This document shows, one piece after another, positions 36,958 through 47,140 of a stretch of DNA of 58,415 nt. The position numbers were made by a program, and so were the translations under genes. Below the pieces are notes generated by a model. It searched no databases and was not told the origin of the DNA. It saw nothing but the letters and a program-made list of their open reading frames with translations. Source of the DNA: a virus (taxonomy: Duplodnaviria; Caudoviricetes); IMG/VR virus record IMGVR_UViG_3300032236_000753, positions 1 through 58,415 of that record. One strand, written 5' to 3'. The number at the start of each line of letters is the position of its first letter. Position 1 is the first letter of the stretch.

Positions 36958-37366
36958 GGAAATGCATCAACATTACAAGGCTGTGCGGAATCGGCTAAGA
37001 TACGCGCCACCCCAAAAACCTGTGGTAATCGCTTTTGTACCTCAGCCTGAACCTGAACCTGAGCCTGAGCCTGAGCCTGAGCCGCAACCAGAAGAAATTA
37101 AATATGCAATCCAGATTGCGCTGCCATTAAGCCCAGCGCAATACATTTTGCAGGAAGTGGCTCTAAAGCATGGCATTACCACCCAAGACATCAAATGCCA
37201 CAGCCATAAAAAATTGTTCGTAAAAGCCAGACAAGAAGCAGCGTATTTAATGCAAAAAAATTTAAAGTTATCGTTGCCAATGATAGGTCGCGTCATGGGC
37301 AAACGAGACCATACAACAATTTTGCATGCGATTCGGCAGTACAAAAAACTGAACCAGATAGAATAG
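36944..37366 (+). CDS. Stand-alone DnaA C-terminal (domain IV) HTH protein with a (PE)n linker
   Basis: ARQEAAYLM...SLPMIGRVMGKRDHTTILHAIR matches the DnaA domain IV signature; GGAGG RBS. Confidence 0.85.
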   Translation: MQTLEEMHQHYKAVRNRLRYAPPQKPVVIAFVPQPEPEPEPEPEPEPQPEEIKYAIQIALPLSPAQYILQEVALKHGITTQDIKCHSHKKLFVKARQEAAYLMQKNLKLSLPMIGRVMGKRDHTTILHAIRQYKKLNQIE

Positions 37367-37375
37367 GAAAAAATA

Positions 37376-37864
37376 ATGGAAGACGTAATAAGGATTCATT
37401 TGTCTCCCGCTGAAATGTTTGTCGCGGCGGAAGTTGGAAAGCTGCGGCAAATTCAGGCTATACAAGAAAACCGTAAAAATAGAATTAAAAACCATAGAGG
37501 AGCCCCTTGGGAAGCCCATACTGAAGGCTCTATGGGGGAATTGGCCGTATCCAAACATTTTAAACTGCACTGGTCCGGTTTATGCAACCAAGGCGCGGCA
37601 GATGTAGGCGGCATATATGATGTTCGAACCACGTCGTACATGAATGGCAGTCTATGGGTTCATGAAGATGATAAAGATGAAAGGTTTATGTGGCTGTTAA
37701 CGGGCTACGACGGTTCATACATTTTGCGTGGCGGAATGTATGTACACGAAGCCAAGCAAAAACATTGGTGGGGCACAAAAGACGCAACTGGTCCCAAAGA
37801 AAACAAAAGTTTTGCATTTTGGATCCCGCAAGAGCATCTTTATTTCCCGGAAGGCACGAGGTAA
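37376..37864 (+). CDS. Hypothetical protein, possible PD-(D/E)xK-like nuclease
   Basis: GSMGELAV...ADVGG-x-YDVRTT pattern. Confidence 0.55.
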   Translation: MEDVIRIHLSPAEMFVAAEVGKLRQIQAIQENRKNRIKNHRGAPWEAHTEGSMGELAVSKHFKLHWSGLCNQGAADVGGIYDVRTTSYMNGSLWVHEDDKDERFMWLLTGYDGSYILRGGMYVHEAKQKHWWGTKDATGPKENKSFAFWIPQEHLYFPEGTR

Positions 37865-39594
37865 TGAGCATGAATGGCCCTTTGGGACAAATTGACGCTT
37901 CAAAGTTTGACTTGGAAAAAAGTTTGCAATCCTATGAGCGCATGGATTGCGAAAACAGTTTGTATGAATTTTTTCAAAAAGCTTGGAAGTATATAGATTC
38001 AGCGCCTTACACCGATGGCTGGCCAATTGAAGCCGTCGCTGAACACTTACAAGCTGTAGTAGACGGCGATATTAAACGCCTTATCATTAATATCCCGCCT
38101 CGCTGCGCCAAATCCACACTGACATCCGTGGCTTTCCCTGCTTGGGTATGGACACAGCCGTGGAATACGCCAACTTCTGGCCCCGGAGTGCAGTTGCTCC
38201 ATGCATCATATGCGTTCTCCCTAGCTCTTCGAGATAGCGTAAAGTGCCGCAGACTTATCGAATCGCCTTGGTATCAAGCTCTATGGGGCGATAGGTTTAA
38301 GCTGCAAGGCGATCAAAACACCAAGGGGCGCTTTGCCAACGATCAAAATGGCGAACGACTGATAACTGCCGTCGAAGCGCGTGTAACGGGTGAAGGCGGC
38401 AACATTATCGTAATTGACGATCCCAACGCAGCCAACGAAGCGTTCTCAGAAGCAGCAATTCACACCACAGTGGAGTGGTGGGACACTACAATGTCTACCC
38501 GCTTGAATGATCCCAAGACGGGCGCGTTCATTGTCATCCAGCAGCGGCTAGGTGAAGAAGATCTTACCGGGCATATCCTTTCCAAGGAATACTCAAGCTG
38601 GACGCATTTGTGTCTGCCCATGCGATATGAATGGCAAAGGCATAGCTACACTAAAATCGGCTGGCACGACCCCCGTGGCTGCGCGGCGAATGACACCCCT
38701 TTGGTGGCGATTACAGACAATGGCGAACGATTGCCCGTAAGCCCGGAGGCTCGGGAGGAATTGGAAATCCGCGAAGGTATGCTTATGTGGCCCGAGCGGT
38801 TTGCGGAAGAAGAAGTTAAGCTTTTGGAAAGGCAACTTGGCCCATGGTCGGCTGCTGGCCAGCTTCAACAGCGCCCAGAACCCAAAGGCGGCGGTATTAT
38901 CAAGCGAGATTGGTGGCAAACATGGGAAAATCCGGCGTATCCCCCAATGGATTTGATTATAGCCTCCTTGGATACGGCATATACAACCAAAACTGAGAAC
39001 GATTTCAGTGCTTTAACAATTTGGGGCGTGTTTACATCCGACGTTGTAGCCCAAGCTAACCGGATGGCTGGCCGATATGATGGCATTTCCCAGTCGTATC
39101 AGCGAACTTTTGCAGAATCCCACCCCCGTGTAATGCTTATGTATGCTTTCCAAGAGCGTCTGGAGATCCACGAGTTGGTCACAAAAGTCGCCAAATGGTG
39201 CAAAGATCTAAAAGTAGACACGCTTTTGATTGAAAACAAAGCCGCTGGTCACTCTGTGGCCCAGGAAATCCGCAGATTGTACGGATTTGAGCAATTTGGA
39301 GTGCAGTTATGCGACCCCAAAGCGCAAGATAAATTAGCTAGACTGTATTCTGTGCAGCATCTGTTCGCCGAAGGGATGATTTATGCACCGATAAAAGCAT
39401 GGTCAGAAATGGTAATTTCCCAAGTTGGCACGTTCCCCAAGGGAAAACATGACGATTTGGTGGACACGGTTAGCATGGCTTTAAGGCATATGCGGGATAT
39501 TGGTGTGCTTGTGCGTTCTACGGAATGGGCGCAGACCATGGAAGAAAACATGACATTTAAGGGGAACACCGATGCTCCTCTGTATCCCGTGTGA
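37864..39594 (+). CDS. terL: Terminase large subunit
   Basis: INIPPRCAKST (Walker A), IVIDDP, QQRP, SLDTAY, IENKAAG and FPKGKHDDLVD motifs; start at ATG 37864. Confidence 0.93.
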   Translation: MSMNGPLGQIDASKFDLEKSLQSYERMDCENSLYEFFQKAWKYIDSAPYTDGWPIEAVAEHLQAVVDGDIKRLIINIPPRCAKSTLTSVAFPAWVWTQPWNTPTSGPGVQLLHASYAFSLALRDSVKCRRLIESPWYQALWGDRFKLQGDQNTKGRFANDQNGERLITAVEARVTGEGGNIIVIDDPNAANEAFSEAAIHTTVEWWDTTMSTRLNDPKTGAFIVIQQRLGEEDLTGHILSKEYSSWTHLCLPMRYEWQRHSYTKIGWHDPRGCAANDTPLVAITDNGERLPVSPEAREELEIREGMLMWPERFAEEEVKLLERQLGPWSAAGQLQQRPEPKGGGIIKRDWWQTWENPAYPPMDLIIASLDTAYTTKTENDFSALTIWGVFTSDVVAQANRMAGRYDGISQSYQRTFAESHPRVMLMYAFQERLEIHELVTKVAKWCKDLKVDTLLIENKAAGHSVAQEIRRLYGFEQFGVQLCDPKAQDKLARLYSVQHLFAEGMIYAPIKAWSEMVISQVGTFPKGKHDDLVDTVSMALRHMRDIGVLVRSTEWAQTMEENMTFKGNTDAPLYPV

Positions 39595-39601
39595 GGATGA
39601 C

Positions 39602-39850
39602 ATGGAACCAGATAAGTTTATTAGGTTGACCGCCAGTTGCGAACCAACTGAAACTGGGCTATGGGATGTTGAAATTGAAAATGTTGATGACCCCCAGATG
39701 AGGGTACACTATACTATTCGAGCAAAAACTGATAATTTAGCGGTTCAGCACGGGATGAAGCAGTTTACCGACAGCATCAGACGTGGGTCGCCGGACAGTG
39801 GTAAGGTTAAGGAAATATTGAATGCCACTTACCCCAGGATTGTCTCCTAG
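39602..39850 (+). CDS. Hypothetical protein
   Basis: GAGG RBS; between terL and portal. Confidence 0.55.
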   Translation: MEPDKFIRLTASCEPTETGLWDVEIENVDDPQMRVHYTIRAKTDNLAVQHGMKQFTDSIRRGSPDSGKVKEILNATYPRIVS

Positions 39851-42125
39851 CATCCGACAGCCAGACACGTCTGGTTTGGGCGCTCTTCTGTCGTCGGAAG
39901 CGCCCATGGTCGATATAGTGGTCGATGAAGCAGGCGTAACACCTGATGAACCTTCAAAAGAATCCAAGAAAATATTATCAATTGAGCATGAAGACGGTTC
40001 TATAACAATTTCTCTAGATGGCAAATCACTGACTGACGATGACACTGACACAAATCCACCTGACTGGTTTGATAACCTTGCTGATCGTCTTCCTGACGGT
40101 GAACTAAACCGCATTAGCTCGGATCTTTTGCGCGGAATCGATGACGATCTTGAAAGCCGCAACGAGTGGATGGAAACTCGTGCGCTTGGCATTAAGCTTT
40201 TAGGGCTTAAAGTTGAAGTTCCTGGCTTGCAGGGAGCATCTGACGGCGCTCCTGTGGAAGGTATGTCCAAGGTCCGCCATCCGTTGTTGTTGGAAGCTGT
40301 GCTGCGCTTCCAAGCTAATGCGCGTTCAGAACTTTTGCCCACCGATGGCCCAGCCAAAATCCGCAATGACGATAATAACTCGACATTAGAAGAAGATCAG
40401 CTTGCAGATGCGTTTGAAGTTGATCTGAATCATTACCTGACAGCAACAGCAACTGAGTATTATCCTGATACGGATCGTATGCTGTTAATGCTTGGTTTTG
40501 GCGGCACTGCTTTTAAAAAAGTATATATGTGCCCGCTGCGCAATCGCCCTGTGTCTGAAACGGTGGATGCAAACGATCTGATCGTCAACAACGCCGCAAC
40601 GGATCTTGAGAATGCAAAAAGGATTACGCATCGTTCTTTTATGCGCCCATCGACGCTTAAAAGGCTGCAAATCCTCGGTGTTTATCGCGATGTAGATCTT
40701 TCAACGCCGCACGAAGCTAAACTTGACAGTGTTCGGCGCGAAAAAAACGATCAGCAAGGCATTTCCTCGCAATCTCGTAATCCAGAAGATCGGGATAGAG
40801 AAATATACGAGTGTTATTGCGAATTGGATTTGCCTGGGTTTGAACATAAATGGAAAGGCAAGCAATCTGGTTTGGAAATTCCATATCGAGTGACGATTGA
40901 CGTGTCTTCCAAAAAGATTTTGTCGATTGTTCGCAATTACGATGAAGATACCGAAGATCTTCCTGTTTCACGGGAAACATTTATCAAATACACATTTGTT
41001 CCCGGTATGGGATTTTACGATATTGGCCTAGTTCACATACTTGGCAATACCACAAACGCGATTACGGCTGCTTGGCGTGAGATGCTTGACGCCGGTATGT
41101 ACGCAAATTTCCCCGGCTTCTTGATGGCGGACACCGGAGCAAGGCAAAATACTAATATCTTCCGTGTTCCTCCTGGTGGCGGCGCGTTAGTAAAGACAAA
41201 TGGTATGTCGATTAAGGAAGCGATTATGCCGCTTCCTTATAAAGAGCCATCTAGCGCGTTAATGACGCTTGTGAACGACATGGCGCAGACTGGAATGCGC
41301 ATTGGTGGCACATCTGAGCAGCAAGTTGGCGAAGGTAAGACGGAAATGCCCGTCGGCACTACGCTTGCGATGATGGATCAAGCTGCAAAAGTTATGAACA
41401 GCGTTCATAAGCGGCTTTGCTCGGCGCAAGCCAAAGAACTTCAGCTTATCGCCAAGGTGTTTAAGGAGAATCCTGAAGCATTTTGGCAGCGCAACCGCGC
41501 TCCGGCTACTCAGTGGGATGAGGAAAAGTTCCTGAAGGCGCTTAAGGACTTTGATTTGGTGCCGCAAGCTGATCCTAATACTGCCAGCCATGGCCAGCGG
41601 TTAATGAAAATCAGTGGGTTGAAGCAGCTTCAGTCTACATCGCCCAACATGTACGATGCGTACAAGGTAGATGCGGCTGCGCTTCAGGCGCTTGGCTGGT
41701 CTAACCCGCAGCAATTCATGAAGCATCCTGACGACATGAAGAAGCCTTCGCCGCAGGATCAGGCGTTGCAGGCTAAGGCTCAGGCTGAAAAGACAGTTGC
41801 TGACGCCCGCATGATGGATAGCCAGACTCGCGCCAAGGAAGGCGATGCAAAGATCAAGCATCAATCGCATAGAGAGACTGTAAGCAATGTGAAGACGCAG
41901 ATGGAACTTTCAAAGGTTCAAATGAAAGATTCCACTGACAAGCAGATTGCTTTGATGGATCAGCAGAAGGCTTTGCTTGAGCTTGCCAGGGATATTGCCA
42001 AAAATCCTGAAAGCGCAGTGCAGTTGCAGCCTTTGATTCAGCCTGCCGTTGATCAAATGCAGCGTGATCAAGCTGCTTTAGGAACTCAACCGCCTATGCC
42101 CCCTAAACCGCCTGGAGTCGCGTGA
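39822..42125 (+). CDS. Portal protein
   Basis: 767 aa after terL; HPLLLEAVLRFQA, GFGGTAFKKVY, FVPG-x-GFY and PVGTTLA motifs; C-terminal coiled coil. Confidence 0.85.
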   Translation: MPLTPGLSPSIRQPDTSGLGALLSSEAPMVDIVVDEAGVTPDEPSKESKKILSIEHEDGSITISLDGKSLTDDDTDTNPPDWFDNLADRLPDGELNRISSDLLRGIDDDLESRNEWMETRALGIKLLGLKVEVPGLQGASDGAPVEGMSKVRHPLLLEAVLRFQANARSELLPTDGPAKIRNDDNNSTLEEDQLADAFEVDLNHYLTATATEYYPDTDRMLLMLGFGGTAFKKVYMCPLRNRPVSETVDANDLIVNNAATDLENAKRITHRSFMRPSTLKRLQILGVYRDVDLSTPHEAKLDSVRREKNDQQGISSQSRNPEDRDREIYECYCELDLPGFEHKWKGKQSGLEIPYRVTIDVSSKKILSIVRNYDEDTEDLPVSRETFIKYTFVPGMGFYDIGLVHILGNTTNAITAAWREMLDAGMYANFPGFLMADTGARQNTNIFRVPPGGGALVKTNGMSIKEAIMPLPYKEPSSALMTLVNDMAQTGMRIGGTSEQQVGEGKTEMPVGTTLAMMDQAAKVMNSVHKRLCSAQAKELQLIAKVFKENPEAFWQRNRAPATQWDEEKFLKALKDFDLVPQADPNTASHGQRLMKISGLKQLQSTSPNMYDAYKVDAAALQALGWSNPQQFMKHPDDMKKPSPQDQALQAKAQAEKTVADARMMDSQTRAKEGDAKIKHQSHRETVSNVKTQMELSKVQMKDSTDKQIALMDQQKALLELARDIAKNPESAVQLQPLIQPAVDQMQRDQAALGTQPPMPPKPPGVA

Positions 42126-43108
42126 TGTCACCGGAAGAAATTCTTGCTCTCTTTACGCCCCAGCGCCGAATCAATCCCAATACGGGTGTTGCTGTTCCCA
42201 AGCGCGGACCTTCTGGGCGCATGGAAGCGGATTTTGGGGTTCCTGGCGCTGTAGACCCTTATGAAGCTCTTGCGGCAGAAGCAAAACGCATCTTGGCGGA
42301 AAGGGCGCAACAGGCTGGCAGTGCTGTAGCTTATCCGTTTATGCCTAATACATGGAATGGCAGACAAGTTCGTGGGCCTAGGGGCCAATGGGGCGAAAAA
42401 ATTATGGAATATTCGCCTACGCAAAAGGCTGCGGCTGGCGCGCTTGGCACTGGTATGCTTGTTGGCACGGGCGTTGGCCTTGATGATTATCTGCATCAAC
42501 CTCCTGCGGCAGTTGCTGCTCCTGCGCCCGCTCCGTTTCCTTCAAATGTTGATCGGATGCCGCAGGGTTATACGCCGCCGTCATCTTTGCCCAGTTATAT
42601 GATGGCTGATACTGTTCCGCAGGGATATGTGCCCCCTTCTTCATTAGATAGCAAATTGTTGGCTGATGTGGTCCCGCAAGGATATACGCCTCCTGCTGCG
42701 TTAGATATTGGGCAATCTTCTCGTTCTGCGCCTACCACTTTACAACACGCTCCCGCTCGCCCCGCACCAATGCCACCAACTCGTCCTGCTGAATTGGCGC
42801 GTGAACAGCCAAGTATTTTGTCACGGATTTTTTCTGGTCAAGATTACCAGTCTAACAATGAACTGGTAAACAAACCTACGGGTGGCGCGCCGGTTAACTG
42901 GGGCAATTCTGACAATGCGGCGGATTTTTTCCGTGCATCCAAGGCTTTGCAGCAAGCTCGCCCTGAAATGTTCCAACAGGGTTCAGATGATAGTGGTCAT
43001 GCTCGGGGTGGCACGGTTGGCCAGCAAGGTAAAGGCGCCAGTGGCAACAATGCCGCATTGCACAAAGCGTTAGAAATTATTCATCACATGCTAATGCAGA
43101 GGCATTGA
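42122..43108 (+). CDS. Pro-rich putative internal head protein with 3x PQGY-x-PP repeats
   Basis: Three 19-aa-period repeats; C-terminal HARGG followed by LHKALEII. Confidence 0.65.
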   Translation: MMSPEEILALFTPQRRINPNTGVAVPKRGPSGRMEADFGVPGAVDPYEALAAEAKRILAERAQQAGSAVAYPFMPNTWNGRQVRGPRGQWGEKIMEYSPTQKAAAGALGTGMLVGTGVGLDDYLHQPPAAVAAPAPAPFPSNVDRMPQGYTPPSSLPSYMMADTVPQGYVPPSSLDSKLLADVVPQGYTPPAALDIGQSSRSAPTTLQHAPARPAPMPPTRPAELAREQPSILSRIFSGQDYQSNNELVNKPTGGAPVNWGNSDNAADFFRASKALQQARPEMFQQGSDDSGHARGGTVGQQGKGASGNNAALHKALEIIHHMLMQRH

Positions 43109-44424
43109 TGCACGATCAGCATATTTCCACTGCTTTGGAGTTAATTCGCCATCATTATGAAGGTGGCGGGAAAACCCCTATGCTTTTGGAGGATCCGGCT
43201 GGTTGGTTTGCACGCAAGGGCCAACAAATTGCGGATTTGCCAAGCAATGCGGCGGAAGCATGGGAAAACTATCGGAACAATCCGGTTGTTGCTGCGTTTA
43301 GAGAGCAACCGGCTACAATGATACCCGGTGCAGCAAAAATTTTTGGGGGGTGGGCGGCGGAACACCCATTTGCGGCTGCACGAAAAATTGCTGGCACGTA
43401 TGCGGATTTTACGGGGAATCCCACAGTTGCGGTTCCTAATGCTTTTTTATCTTCTAGCCCATTAAATGAAGGCGAAGATGAAATAGCTAGGCAGATAGAA
43501 TATGGTATTCGCCCAGAAAGCGATTATCCCGGCAAAGAACGGTATACAATGCCCGATAATTTTGCCCGTGGTGGAGAAGTGCGCGAGCATCATGCTAGTG
43601 GAAATCGCGTTTTAGGCGCAATAATTTCTGGCGCAGAACGTGGCGGCGGAAATGAATTAACAAATTTTGCAAAACAAATTTTAAAACAATCACCAGAAAG
43701 TAATTTATATCAGGAAATTTTGCAAAATCGTGGAGTTGATGCGGCGCGTCGAGTTCAGCGCGCAGCGGATGAAATCCCCAATCTTGGAAGCATGTATACT
43801 CCTAATGCGCTTAGAGAAGCGTTTACTGGTATGAATGGAGATGAAAGTCTTTTGATGGCTATGAAACCTTCTGATTTTGGTAAATTTGCTGCGCCAATAG
43901 AAGACGATTTGAAAAATTGGAAAGCTGGAAGCCCTGAAGCATGGGATCGATATGTAAACGAACTTTCAAAAGTTCCTCAATCAGGCGGGTTTTCGGAAGT
44001 TCCATATCTTATTTATGGAGAACCAGATAATGTTCCTGCTATTGTTGGGCATGAAGGTCGCCACAGATCGTTGGCTTTAGAGCAAATGGATGCCCCTAGT
44101 TCTTTAGTTCGCCTTCAACCTAGTTTTATAGTTAAAGATGCAATAACATCGCCAATTTTGGAGAAAAATCCATATTGGAGACCCTATCAAGATGAAAAAT
44201 TAAAAATGCAATTTCAACAACGATTACCAGAAGATCTAAAAGTGGTGCCAGAAACTAAAAGTTTAGATGATTCTCAAAAACTTCAATTGCCAGAACCCTT
44301 TGCGGGTGGCGGGCACGTTGACTCAACTGAAAGTTACATTAAACATATATTAAATCGGCTTGGCATCACGCCGCAGGATGCTTTGGATGTGTTGAAGCGG
44401 CATTACGGGGGACGCCCCGAGTAA
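43108..44424 (+). CDS. Putative internal head protein containing a ParB/sulfiredoxin-like domain
   Basis: PYL...IVGHEGRHRSLAL motif lies between FARGG and FAGGG. Confidence 0.6.
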   Translation: MHDQHISTALELIRHHYEGGGKTPMLLEDPAGWFARKGQQIADLPSNAAEAWENYRNNPVVAAFREQPATMIPGAAKIFGGWAAEHPFAAARKIAGTYADFTGNPTVAVPNAFLSSSPLNEGEDEIARQIEYGIRPESDYPGKERYTMPDNFARGGEVREHHASGNRVLGAIISGAERGGGNELTNFAKQILKQSPESNLYQEILQNRGVDAARRVQRAADEIPNLGSMYTPNALREAFTGMNGDESLLMAMKPSDFGKFAAPIEDDLKNWKAGSPEAWDRYVNELSKVPQSGGFSEVPYLIYGEPDNVPAIVGHEGRHRSLALEQMDAPSSLVRLQPSFIVKDAITSPILEKNPYWRPYQDEKLKMQFQQRLPEDLKVVPETKSLDDSQKLQLPEPFAGGGHVDSTESYIKHILNRLGITPQDALDVLKRHYGGRPE

Positions 44425-44443
44425 CCTAGCTAGGAGTGGTGCA

Positions 44444-45484
44444 ATGAACGAGATGGCCAAAGCTGCGCGAGCGGCTATGAAGAAGAAAGCCTCTCTTATG
44501 GGTGGCAAAGGAGAGCCTCACCAGAAGGTTGATGCTTCTTCTTGGACACCCCCTGAGATGCTGAATGCTGGTTCCAAAACTGGCATGCGCCCGGTTTCCA
44601 AGCGCCAGTATAAAGCTGGCGGCAAGGTTCATGGCGAAGACTGCGGCGAGAATATGGGGCGTAAGCCTCGTAAATCTGGCGGTCGCACACTGGCTCATAA
44701 CATGGCCATTGCCAAAATGAACCGTAACCAGCGGGATGCAAACGAAGAACGCGACGGTTTCAAGCACATTGGCGGCTTGAAGCATGGTGGCAAGGCGCAC
44801 CGCAAGCACAAGGACATGGGTGGCCCCATGATGGGTGGGATCCCGCCTGTTGGCTCCGCTCCCGGCGCTGCCCTGAGCCCCAATTCTGCGCCTAATGCTC
44901 CCGGCACGATCCCCGGTTCGCAGGCTAAGTTTATGGCAAACCAGAGCCCTATGGGCGGTATGATCCGGCTGAAGCGTGGTGGCAAAGCTGAAGATCATCC
45001 TGATGTCGCGGAAGATAAGGCGTTGATCCGCAAGATGGTCAAGCCGTCTGCCCGTACTGGCAAGAAGCATGGCGGCTCGCCTGTAGCCAGCGGTGAATAT
45101 CAGGGTACTCGTCCCACGGGCGGGCGTATTGCTCGTGCCAGTGGTGGCAGCGCCAAGGGCAAGAAAACCAACATCAATATTACCATTGATGCTGGTGGTA
45201 AGCCTGCTGGTGCTGGTGGCCCCCCGATGGGCGCTCCAATGCCGCCGCCTCCCACACCTATGGCTCCTCCTCCGGGCGCTGGAGCCCCGCCTCCTGGTAT
45301 CCCCCCTATGGGCCCGCCTCCGGGTATGCCAATGGGTGGCCCTCCCGGTATGCCCCCTGGCGCTCCTCCTATGATGCGCAAGCGTGGTGGCCGCACTAAC
45401 GCTGGTTTCCCGGATATGGATGCCGGAGCCGGTGGCGGGCTTGGCCGTCTTGAGAAGATTAAAGCCTACGGTAAGCAGGCTTAA
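44444..45484 (+). CDS. Basic Gly/Pro/Lys-rich protein with 8-9 xKxGG-type motifs
   Basis: YKAGG, RKSGG, LKHGG, KDMGG, LKRGG, KKHGG, RASGG, RKRGG; AGGAG RBS. Confidence 0.75.
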   Translation: MNEMAKAARAAMKKKASLMGGKGEPHQKVDASSWTPPEMLNAGSKTGMRPVSKRQYKAGGKVHGEDCGENMGRKPRKSGGRTLAHNMAIAKMNRNQRDANEERDGFKHIGGLKHGGKAHRKHKDMGGPMMGGIPPVGSAPGAALSPNSAPNAPGTIPGSQAKFMANQSPMGGMIRLKRGGKAEDHPDVAEDKALIRKMVKPSARTGKKHGGSPVASGEYQGTRPTGGRIARASGGSAKGKKTNINITIDAGGKPAGAGGPPMGAPMPPPPTPMAPPPGAGAPPPGIPPMGPPPGMPMGGPPGMPPGAPPMMRKRGGRTNAGFPDMDAGAGGGLGRLEKIKAYGKQA

Positions 45485-45527
45485 CAAAGTTAGCGGGTTA
45501 TAAGGTTTTGCGTATAACTCGTTAATC

Positions 45528-45560
45528 ACCGGGCGGTGTCCCCCTACGCCGCCCGGTTTG
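45528..45560 (+). terminator. Stem-loop terminator
   Basis: ACCGGGCGGTGT-cccct-ACGCCGCCCGGT-TT. Confidence 0.55.
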
Positions 45561-45586
45561 CTCTAAACTAGGGGAAGAAAGGGGAA

Positions 45587-45799
45587 TTGGTGTTCACAGC
45601 AACTAATCTATTTGAAAAAGAACTCGAAAAAAGAATAAAATCAGAAATCGAACGAGTTACCAAGGAACTCAGTTTCGGTTGGCACGTCGATGACTATCCT
45701 TCTTACAAGAAAGTTGTCGGCTATTTGGAAGCGCTTCGGTGGGTAGAATCAACCGCACTAGAAGAAGTCGCTGAAATCGTCCACGAACGCACGATATAG
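45587..45799 (+). CDS. Hypothetical protein
   Basis: DDYPSYKKVVGYLEAL; precedes GroES. Confidence 0.65.
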   Translation: MVFTATNLFEKELEKRIKSEIERVTKELSFGWHVDDYPSYKKVVGYLEALRWVESTALEEVAEIVHERTI

Positions 45800-45808
45800 G
45801 GGAAAAAT

Positions 45809-46201
45809 ATGCCGTACATGGAAATGACTCACGACGTAGATCCTGTCAAGCAAATGCTTGACGAAGTTGGCGATTTGTCAGGTTTTGATATTTTAAACAA
45901 TCATGTGTTGCTTGGCATTTACATTCGCCCGGTAAGAACCAAAGGCGGCATTATGCTGACGGACAATTATAGAGACGAAGACAAGTGGCAGGGAAAGGTT
46001 GGTTTGGTTCTTAAGAAAGGGCCTACTGCTTTCATCGACAAAACTGGTGAATGGTTTGATGGGATCACCATCAATGAACATGACTGGCTTGTAACTCGCC
46101 CATCTGATGGGTTCCTCATCACGATTAGAAATGTGTTTTGCAAGCTTGTTGTAGATACAAGCACCAAGATGCGTATTTCTCGTCCTGATGAAATTTGGTG
46201 A
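45809..46201 (+). CDS. groES: GroES-like co-chaperonin
   Basis: NHVLL...RTKGGIML...GLVLKKGP mobile-loop motif. Confidence 0.8.
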   Translation: MPYMEMTHDVDPVKQMLDEVGDLSGFDILNNHVLLGIYIRPVRTKGGIMLTDNYRDEDKWQGKVGLVLKKGPTAFIDKTGEWFDGITINEHDWLVTRPSDGFLITIRNVFCKLVVDTSTKMRISRPDEIW

Positions 46202-46211
46202 GAGGTAAACT

Positions 46212-47138
46212 ATGGTTGAGAAAAAGGAAGACGCAAGCGATCTTGGCGTTGTTGCGGATGACCCTATAAAGTCAGATGCGAACAATTCTTTGGAAGTTGT
46301 TGAAAAGGTTGAAGAAAAAGAACCTGATGTAGATGATTTACGCAGAGAATTGGAAGATTACAAGAAACGCCTTGAACAACAGGCGCAAGCTAGGTTTGAA
46401 GCTGAGCGTCAGGCTCAGGAAGCCATGCAACGTTCTGTGCAGGCTACCAATGACAAGTATGATAGCGAATATCATCTGGTCGCCAGTGCGCTGGAAACGA
46501 CAAAAAATCAGGCTGCGATGCTTAAGGCTCAGCAGGCTGAAGCTATGTCCGTTGGTGATTACCAGCGAGCAGCGGAGCTTAATGAAGCTCTTAACCGTAA
46601 TGTGCTAGACCATGACAGGCTGGCCAGCGGTTTGGAGCGCATGAAAACTCAGCCTCGCCCGCAGTATAATCCCCAGCAGGCTCAGCTAAACAATCAGATG
46701 GAAGTAGCTAATCCTTTGGACGAGCTAATCCATGTGGTGGCAAAAACATCACCACGTTCTGCCGCTTGGTTGGAAACAAACCGTAGCAAAATCACGGATC
46801 CTAGAACATTGAACAAGATCCGCCGCGCACATGAAGATGCGGTGGATGATGGTTTGATGGTCGATACTGACGATTATTTCCGGTATGTGGAAAATCGTTT
46901 GGGTTTTGTCCGTGGTTCTGAACCGCTAGGGGAAGATCCGTTTTCTAGCGCGGCATCTTCCACAACACGACGTTCTGCGCCTCCTGCTGCCCCTGTGTCT
47001 AGGTCAGGTTCTCCGGGGCAGAGCCGCCCCGGCAGGATTACTTTGACGCCGGAACAAAAGGAAGCTGCTGAATTTAGCAAAATGACCTACGAAGAATACT
47101 TTGATCGTATGGTCGAAGAGAAAAAGAGGAGCAAGTAA
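46212..47138 (+). CDS. Putative scaffolding protein
   Basis: Acidic N-terminus, long coiled coil, C-terminal ITLTPEQKEAA...MTYEEY; upstream of the capsid genes. Confidence 0.6.
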   Translation: MVEKKEDASDLGVVADDPIKSDANNSLEVVEKVEEKEPDVDDLRRELEDYKKRLEQQAQARFEAERQAQEAMQRSVQATNDKYDSEYHLVASALETTKNQAAMLKAQQAEAMSVGDYQRAAELNEALNRNVLDHDRLASGLERMKTQPRPQYNPQQAQLNNQMEVANPLDELIHVVAKTSPRSAAWLETNRSKITDPRTLNKIRRAHEDAVDDGLMVDTDDYFRYVENRLGFVRGSEPLGEDPFSSAASSTTRRSAPPAAPVSRSGSPGQSRPGRITLTPEQKEAAEFSKMTYEEYFDRMVEEKKRSK

Positions 47139-47140
47139 CC

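Noticed and set aside
37043-37090. (CCTGAR)n repeat as a phase-variation tract
   Set aside because: In-frame 6-bp unit encoding a Pro-Glu linker; length changes would not shift the frame.
44426-45529. 367-aa minus-strand ORF and similar long antisense ORFs (3025..3798, 10323..10973, 47794..48597, 49942..50670)
   Set aside because: Shadow frames of well-supported plus-strand genes with biased codon usage; no recognisable motifs.
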